Shown in pieces: positions 58,866-64,000 of a stretch of DNA of 64,000 nt. The notes beneath the pieces were generated by a model. That model was not told the origin of the DNA. It ran no database searches and worked only from the letters and a program-made list of their open reading frames with translations. Both the position numbers and the translations under genes were made by a program. Source of the DNA: an uncultured Puniceicoccaceae bacterium (GTDB taxonomy: Bacteria > Verrucomicrobiota > Verrucomicrobiia > Opitutales > Oceanipulchritudinaceae). Location of the stretch: positions 128,001-192,000 of the forward strand of contig CAWVVV010000003.1 in assembly GCA_963933835.1 (NCBI GenBank). Reading direction: 5' to 3'. Numbering within the stretch: the stretch's first letter is position 1; each line of letters starts with the position of its first letter.

Positions 58866-60320
58866 CTAGGAATGACTCCGTTGATGGCTATTATCATGGC
58901 AGGCGTGCACAGGGCGCAGGGCCTGCTGTAATGGTAATTCCAGACGGAAGCGTGCCCCCTTCGGGGACAAATTCTGCATCGAGACGGCACCTTGGTGTGC
59001 CTCGGCGATCGAGCGGCAAATCGAAAGTCCAATCCCTGTGCTCTTTTCTCCCGCAGTTGGCTTATTTGATGTGCGGCAAAATTCCTTGAACAAGAGCCCT
59101 TGTTCACTCGGCTTGACCCCAGGACCCTCGTCTTCCACATCAAAATAGCAGAGGCCTTCATCCTGCCAAACCACTAGCTTCACAGAACTTTGAGGACTGC
59201 TAAACTTAATCGCGTTGCTGAGGAAATTCTCTAGGATTCGACGCACCTTCTTTTCATCGCAATCGAACCGGCTCAAGGAGCCCCGGCCTTCGAATTCGAG
59301 GCCGATCTGTTTTTGCGACGCAGCCACCTTAAAGAGGTTCACCAATGAAAGACCGGTCTGCTCAGGACAGAGAGGCTGAAGGTCCAGTGATACCGCGTTA
59401 GAATCCATCGACGACATGTCATCACGCATCAGATCGCTCAGGCCGAGGATCGCACTCAGGGGATTTCTCAAGTCATGGGAAGCGATACGCAAAAGGCGGT
59501 CCTTCGCCTTGTTCAACGTTTCGAGTTCATTGATGTTGTTTGCACGAAAGTTTGAGAGGACTCGAATCTTGAGGTGGGTGCGGATCCGGGGAAGCGCCTC
59601 ATGTGGATTAAAAGGCTTTCCGATGTAGTCCGAGCCTCCAGCATCGAATCCGCGAGCGATGAACTCCGTCTCCGTCTTGCCCGTGACAAAAATTATCGGG
59701 ATCTCTTTAAATTCTTCGATCGCTTTCAGACGCTGACAGACCTCGTAGCCATCCATCTGGTTCATTACAATATCGAGGAGAATCAGGTCGGGGATCACTT
59801 CTTGTGCGAGCCAAACAGCCTCTTCTCCAGATTTTGCCTCGAAGACTTCGAAACTCGCTCGCTCAAGAATGAAGCGGAGTTTTTTGCGAATCATCGGACT
59901 GTCTTCAACGACGAGGATCTTGCAGCCTGCTAGATCAACTTCCTGTTCGTTTATCGGCATCGGCGGTTTCGTCTCCTGACGGGGTGCCCGAGGCGTGGCC
60001 AAAAATTCTCCCTCGAGGGTCTCCTTTACCCGCTGGCGTGCATAGTCCTCAAATGAACTCATCCCAATATCGACGAATTCGCCCTGAGCCTGAGCTAAGG
60101 CTATTGTGCCAACGGAGACAACCTCCTGGCGGTCTAGCTCGGGAGGTAATTGCTCGGCCAGATCAGCCACAACTTCGTCGACCAAAGGTAAAAACTGACT
60201 CGTTCGACTGATATCGAATCCACCAGAACTAGACAGCGTATTGCTGCCTCGATCGATCGATAGCGCCTCGGCTTTCGGAAAGGACTTTAGGGCCTCTTGA
60301 TTGGATTCTGGAACAAACAT
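58866..60320 (-). CDS. Hybrid histidine kinase: FliA region-2-like domain, receiver, shortened HisKA, HATPase
   Basis: ILVVEDS, LLDIVM and DYIGKPF; SHDLRNPL, NFLSNAIKF, DEGPG and STGIGL. Confidence 0.85.
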   Translation of the reverse strand: MFVPESNQEALKSFPKAEALSIDRGSNTLSSSGGFDISRTSQFLPLVDEVVADLAEQLPPELDRQEVVSVGTIALAQAQGEFVDIGMSSFEDYARQRVKETLEGEFLATPRAPRQETKPPMPINEQEVDLAGCKILVVEDSPMIRKKLRFILERASFEVFEAKSGEEAVWLAQEVIPDLILLDIVMNQMDGYEVCQRLKAIEEFKEIPIIFVTGKTETEFIARGFDAGGSDYIGKPFNPHEALPRIRTHLKIRVLSNFRANNINELETLNKAKDRLLRIASHDLRNPLSAILGLSDLMRDDMSSMDSNAVSLDLQPLCPEQTGLSLVNLFKVAASQKQIGLEFEGRGSLSRFDCDEKKVRRILENFLSNAIKFSSPQSSVKLVVWQDEGLCYFDVEDEGPGVKPSEQGLLFKEFCRTSNKPTAGEKSTGIGLSICRSIAEAHQGAVSMQNLSPKGARFRLELPLQQALRPVHACHDNSHQRSHS

Positions 60321-60644
60321 AGATCTCGAATGAACAGTCAGAGTTGCGTCCTAATTTCGTTGCTCCGCTCCGTTCTTGGGCTTCGCATCGTCAGGGTAAA
60401 ACAGTCTCCGACCTGTAAATTCGGAATCCCCCACCACTACTTGCGTTTAAAGAACTTGCTAAAAAGAAATACGACAAACGACAAGGGGCTTATCTAACTC
60501 ACAAAGAGGCGCTTACGGATCTTTATTGAGCGATATTTCAATGCTTCGAGGCATCTAAGCGCACTCTTTTCATCATCTCTTTACAGCCGTATTTGTAGAT
60601 CCTTACACATTCTTTACGTCCGGCATTCACACCGCGAAAGTAGA

Positions 60645-60687
60645 GAAAGAAAAAGCAGTGGCCCATCGATGCGACGAGCCACTGCTT
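60645..60687 (-). terminator. Terminator downstream of glgC
   Basis: AAGCAGTGGC..GCCACTGCTT stem followed by a T-rich tract on the minus strand. Confidence 0.7.
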
Positions 60688-60709
60688 AGGAAACTGAATT
60701 GCTACGGAC

Positions 60710-61993
60710 CTAGACCTTAGTCCCGTCCGGGATGACCGCATTCTTACGCACGATCAAGACGCCGTCACGGACGTAGATACCGTCTGCTTCGAATTCATCT
60801 GGTTTACCGGTTGGGTCGAGTTCAACCCCTTCTCCGATGCGCGCGTTTTTATCGATGATCGCGTTCTTAATCGTGCAGCCAGGTCCAACCCCAAGCGGAG
60901 GACGACCAAACTTTTTATCCTCTTCCAGATCCTCGAAGGTAGCGAAACTATCCGATCCCATCATAACGACGTTCTCAAAGACGGTCCCCTCATCGACGAC
61001 TGAGCGCACGCCGATGACTGAGTTCCGGATCGTGCAATCTTTCAGGATACAACCCTCGGCCAGAACAGCCTTCTCCAGAGTCGCCCCGTTGACCTTACTC
61101 GCCGGAAGGTAGCGAGCGTGAGTGTAGATCGGATGCTCACGGTCAAAAAAGTTGAATGCGGGCACTGCTTGAGCCAGATCGAGATTCGCGAGGAAAAACG
61201 AACGAACTGTTCCGATATCTTCCCAATAGCCCTCAAAGACAAAAGCAGATGCCTTAAGCTTCCCTAGAAGAGACGGGATGATCTCCTTACCAAAGTCGGT
61301 AAAGTCGTTGTCCAAGACTTCTTTCAGCTTTGAGTATTTGAAGGCATAGATTCCCATGTTTGCCAAAACGTATTTGGAATCTTCTGACACATCGCTGAGG
61401 TCTTTTGTGACTTCTTCACTTAAAGCAAGGCCCTCAATTATCTTAGGGTCCGTCGGTTTTTCAACGAACTCGCTAATATTTAAGTTGTCTTCAACGCGCA
61501 TCAATCCGAGGCCAAGAACCTCTGTCGTACGCATCGCTTTCGCGGCCATGGTGACGCCTGCGTCGGTCTTAAGGTGCTGCTCGACCAAGGCGCGGAAATC
61601 CATGTGGTAGAGCTGGTCGCCTGAAAGAATCAGAACCAAATCGTCGTCATCCCCATTGATGTGGTGCATATTCTGACGCACAGCATCGGCTGTTCCCTGA
61701 TACCAGCTTTCTCCTGCCTGAGTTTGCTCTGCTGAAAGAATATCGACGAAGCCCTTGCTGAAGGGATCGAACTTGTACGACTCTTGAATATGGCGGTGGA
61801 GCGAAGCCGTGTTAAACTGAGTCAGAACATAAATCTGATTGTATCTCGAGTTCAGACAGTTGGATATCGGGATGTCGACAATACGATATTTGCCGCCCAA
61901 GGGAACAGCAGGCTTACAGCGTTCATCGGTCAGCGGATAGAGGCGTGAACCACGTCCACCACCCATGATAATACAGATGACTTTAGATTTCAT
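60710..61993 (-). CDS. glgC: Glucose-1-phosphate adenylyltransferase
   Basis: GGGRGSRLYPLT, KPAVP, WYQGTADAV, LSGDQLY, EKP and YWEDIGT motifs. Confidence 0.97.
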   Translation of the reverse strand: MKSKVICIIMGGGRGSRLYPLTDERCKPAVPLGGKYRIVDIPISNCLNSRYNQIYVLTQFNTASLHRHIQESYKFDPFSKGFVDILSAEQTQAGESWYQGTADAVRQNMHHINGDDDDLVLILSGDQLYHMDFRALVEQHLKTDAGVTMAAKAMRTTEVLGLGLMRVEDNLNISEFVEKPTDPKIIEGLALSEEVTKDLSDVSEDSKYVLANMGIYAFKYSKLKEVLDNDFTDFGKEIIPSLLGKLKASAFVFEGYWEDIGTVRSFFLANLDLAQAVPAFNFFDREHPIYTHARYLPASKVNGATLEKAVLAEGCILKDCTIRNSVIGVRSVVDEGTVFENVVMMGSDSFATFEDLEEDKKFGRPPLGVGPGCTIKNAIIDKNARIGEGVELDPTGKPDEFEADGIYVRDGVLIVRKNAVIPDGTKV

Positions 61994-62067
61994 TATTAGG
62001 AATTAATATAGCGTCTGGGGGATATAGCTTGAATGCTGGTCAGGCCTCTGATGCATTGCAACCTCAT

Positions 62068-63930
62068 ATGTGCGGAATTGTTGGATACGTAGGGCCACAG
62101 AAGGCTAGCCCTATCCTGATCGAAGGTTTGAAGCGTTTGGAATACCGTGGCTATGATTCAGCTGGCGTTTCTTTGCTCGAGGACACTGGGGAGTTTTTAC
62201 TCCAGAAAAAGATCGGCCGGGTTGAGGCTGTTAACCGCCTCGTCAATCAATCCCCCTCTAGTTCACAAACCGGCATTGGACACACCCGCTGGGCGACGCA
62301 CGGCCATGTGACTGACGAAAACGCACACCCCCATCTCAGCCAAGACGGGAAAATCTGCATCGTCCACAATGGCGTGATCGAAAACCACCACTCGATTCGC
62401 CGCGAGCTTGAGTCGATGGACATCGCATTTCAAAGCGAGACTGACACCGAGGCCCTCTGTAATCTGATCGCTTACTATTACAGCTTGGAGAAAGAAAACG
62501 AAGGGGTCACAACGACCAAAGCGCTCATGGCCGCGGTGCGCTTGAGTCTCCGACAGGTTGAGGGCACCTATGGTATCGGATTAATTTGCAGCGATCTGCC
62601 TAACACCATCGTCGGCGCCCGCAAAGGCAGCCCGCTCGTCCTCGGCATCGGCCAAGGCGAGAACTTCATCGGAAGCGACGTTTCGGCCTTCGCTGGGCGG
62701 ACGCGCGACGTCGTTTATCTGGATGATGGACAGCTTGCGCTCATCTCGCCCGACAATTTTGAGCTGAGCACGTTCGAAGACGAATCGGTCGAGCCCACCG
62801 TAGACCACATCACTTGGGATAGCGAAGACAGTGAGATGGGGGATTACCCTCACTACATGCTCAAGGAGATCTACGAGCAGCCTCAGGCACTTGAGAATGC
62901 GATGCGTGGCCGTTTTTCGGCCGATGGCAGCACCTGTAAATTCGGCGGCCTCAACATCTCACCGCGCGATATCCGCCAGATTGATCGCATCCTTTTCATG
63001 GCCTGTGGAACGGCATGGCATAGCTGTCTCATCGCTGAATATTTGATCGAGAAGTATGCCCGCATCCCGGTCGAAGTAGAGTATGCGAGCGAATTCCGCT
63101 ACCGCAACGCTCCACTCGATAAGAATACCCTTGTTTGGACGATTAGCCAGAGTGGCGAAACCCTCGACACCCTCGAAGCCCAACGTGAAGCACAGCGTAA
63201 AGGCATGCGTGTTCTGGGGATAACCAACGCCGTCGGCTCGACCATGGCTCGAGAAAATGATGGCGGCATCTACCAGCACTGTGGCCCAGAAATCGGCGTT
63301 GCCTCGACAAAGGCATTCACCTCGCAAATTGCGATAGCGGCAATGCTCGCGCTCTATCTCGGGCGCATGCGTGACATGAGTTTTGAGCAAGGCACTGAGC
63401 TCGTCCGCGAGTTAAAGAAGCTGCCTAGTCTCGTGAAACAGATTCTGGCACAGGCAGATACCTACAAAGCAATTGCTGAAAAATACGCTCACCACACAGA
63501 TTTTCTCTTCCTTGGTCGGCAGTTGATGTTTCCCCTCGCCCTCGAAGGTGCGCTCAAGTTGAAGGAAATCAGTTATATCCATGCCGAAGGCTATCCCGCG
63601 GCGGAGATGAAGCACGGCCCGATCGCCCTTATCTGCCCCGAATGCCCAACCGTCGCGATTGCCTCTCAGGGAGATATGCTGAAGAAAAGCATCTCTAACA
63701 TCCAAGAGATCAAAGCGCGAAAGGGACCTGTCATCGCAATAACCAACGCCCCAGAGGCTTTTCCAGAGGGCCTAGCTGACGATCTCATTGTTTTGCCTGA
63801 GTGCCACGAAATCGCCCTACCCGTTTTAGCGAGTATTCCGATGCAGTTCCTTGCCTACTATATCGGCATCGCCCGGGGTAAGGACGTCGATAAACCGCGC
63901 AATTTGGCCAAAAGCGTCACCGTCGAATAG
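62068..63930 (+). CDS. glmS: Glutamine--fructose-6-phosphate aminotransferase
   Basis: MCGIVG, LEYRGYDSAG, HTRWATHG, SQSGET and PRNLAKSVTVE motifs. Confidence 0.98.
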   Translation: MCGIVGYVGPQKASPILIEGLKRLEYRGYDSAGVSLLEDTGEFLLQKKIGRVEAVNRLVNQSPSSSQTGIGHTRWATHGHVTDENAHPHLSQDGKICIVHNGVIENHHSIRRELESMDIAFQSETDTEALCNLIAYYYSLEKENEGVTTTKALMAAVRLSLRQVEGTYGIGLICSDLPNTIVGARKGSPLVLGIGQGENFIGSDVSAFAGRTRDVVYLDDGQLALISPDNFELSTFEDESVEPTVDHITWDSEDSEMGDYPHYMLKEIYEQPQALENAMRGRFSADGSTCKFGGLNISPRDIRQIDRILFMACGTAWHSCLIAEYLIEKYARIPVEVEYASEFRYRNAPLDKNTLVWTISQSGETLDTLEAQREAQRKGMRVLGITNAVGSTMARENDGGIYQHCGPEIGVASTKAFTSQIAIAAMLALYLGRMRDMSFEQGTELVRELKKLPSLVKQILAQADTYKAIAEKYAHHTDFLFLGRQLMFPLALEGALKLKEISYIHAEGYPAAEMKHGPIALICPECPTVAIASQGDMLKKSISNIQEIKARKGPVIAITNAPEAFPEGLADDLIVLPECHEIALPVLASIPMQFLAYYIGIARGKDVDKPRNLAKSVTVE

Positions 63931-63933
63931 ACA

Positions 63934-64000
63934 ATGCCTTCTCAAAAAACCTCTCGACGATTTGTCCTCACGCTCATCGGCAATGACCGACCGGGCATCG
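63934..64000 (+). CDS. ACT-domain protein (GcvR-like), partial at window edge
   Basis: MPSQKTSRRFVLTLIGNDRPGI. Confidence 0.6.
   Translation, partial: MPSQKTSRRFVLTLIGNDRPGI

Noticed and set aside
58850..58930. Another stranded gene tail (TPAMIIAINGVIPRNLRL*) overlapping the kinase end
   Set aside because: Too short and unrecognisable to support.
60321..60640. c-di-GMP riboswitch upstream of the hybrid kinase (GAAA..GGACGCAA on the minus strand)
   Set aside because: Only a fragmentary match; supporting stems not found. An Infernal/Rfam search would settle it.
61994..62067. glmS ribozyme
   Set aside because: Only 74 bp of divergent intergenic space and no recognisable core.

Overview
Bacterial chromosomal segment, most likely Verrucomicrobiota/Opitutales (inferred from gene content, a Trp-rich C-terminal surface-protein tail and SD-poor starts; not verified by search). 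It is mostly housekeeping genes (rdgB, ribD, leuB, alaS, uvrA, rnc, mfd, asd, feoAB, ychF, ccsA, glgC, glmS) plus four tRNAs (Cys, Val, Tyr, Arg), a type III PKS triad, a vapBC toxin-antitoxin pair, an SPFH pair and a Fur-boxed iron-uptake locus. Most interesting signals: (1) a GxxExxY PD-(D/E)XK nuclease gene bracketed by long inverted repeats built from 10-bp-periodic CRCGAAT units, with a related motif and REP-like palindromes elsewhere in the window; (2) possible sigma-28-type circuitry with no flagellar genes here: a FliA region-2-like domain fused to a hybrid histidine kinase, an FlgM-like/HDOD pair and sigma-28-like promoters; (3) an orphan ParA plus an RNAP alpha-CTD-like protein plus a coiled-coil protein; (4) erosion concentrated in signalling/stress genes, including a deletion joining the 3' ends of divergent pspF and pspA. 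Two small genes missing from the ORF track were found by hand. All family assignments come from motif recognition by eye; single-base lesions could be sequencing errors.
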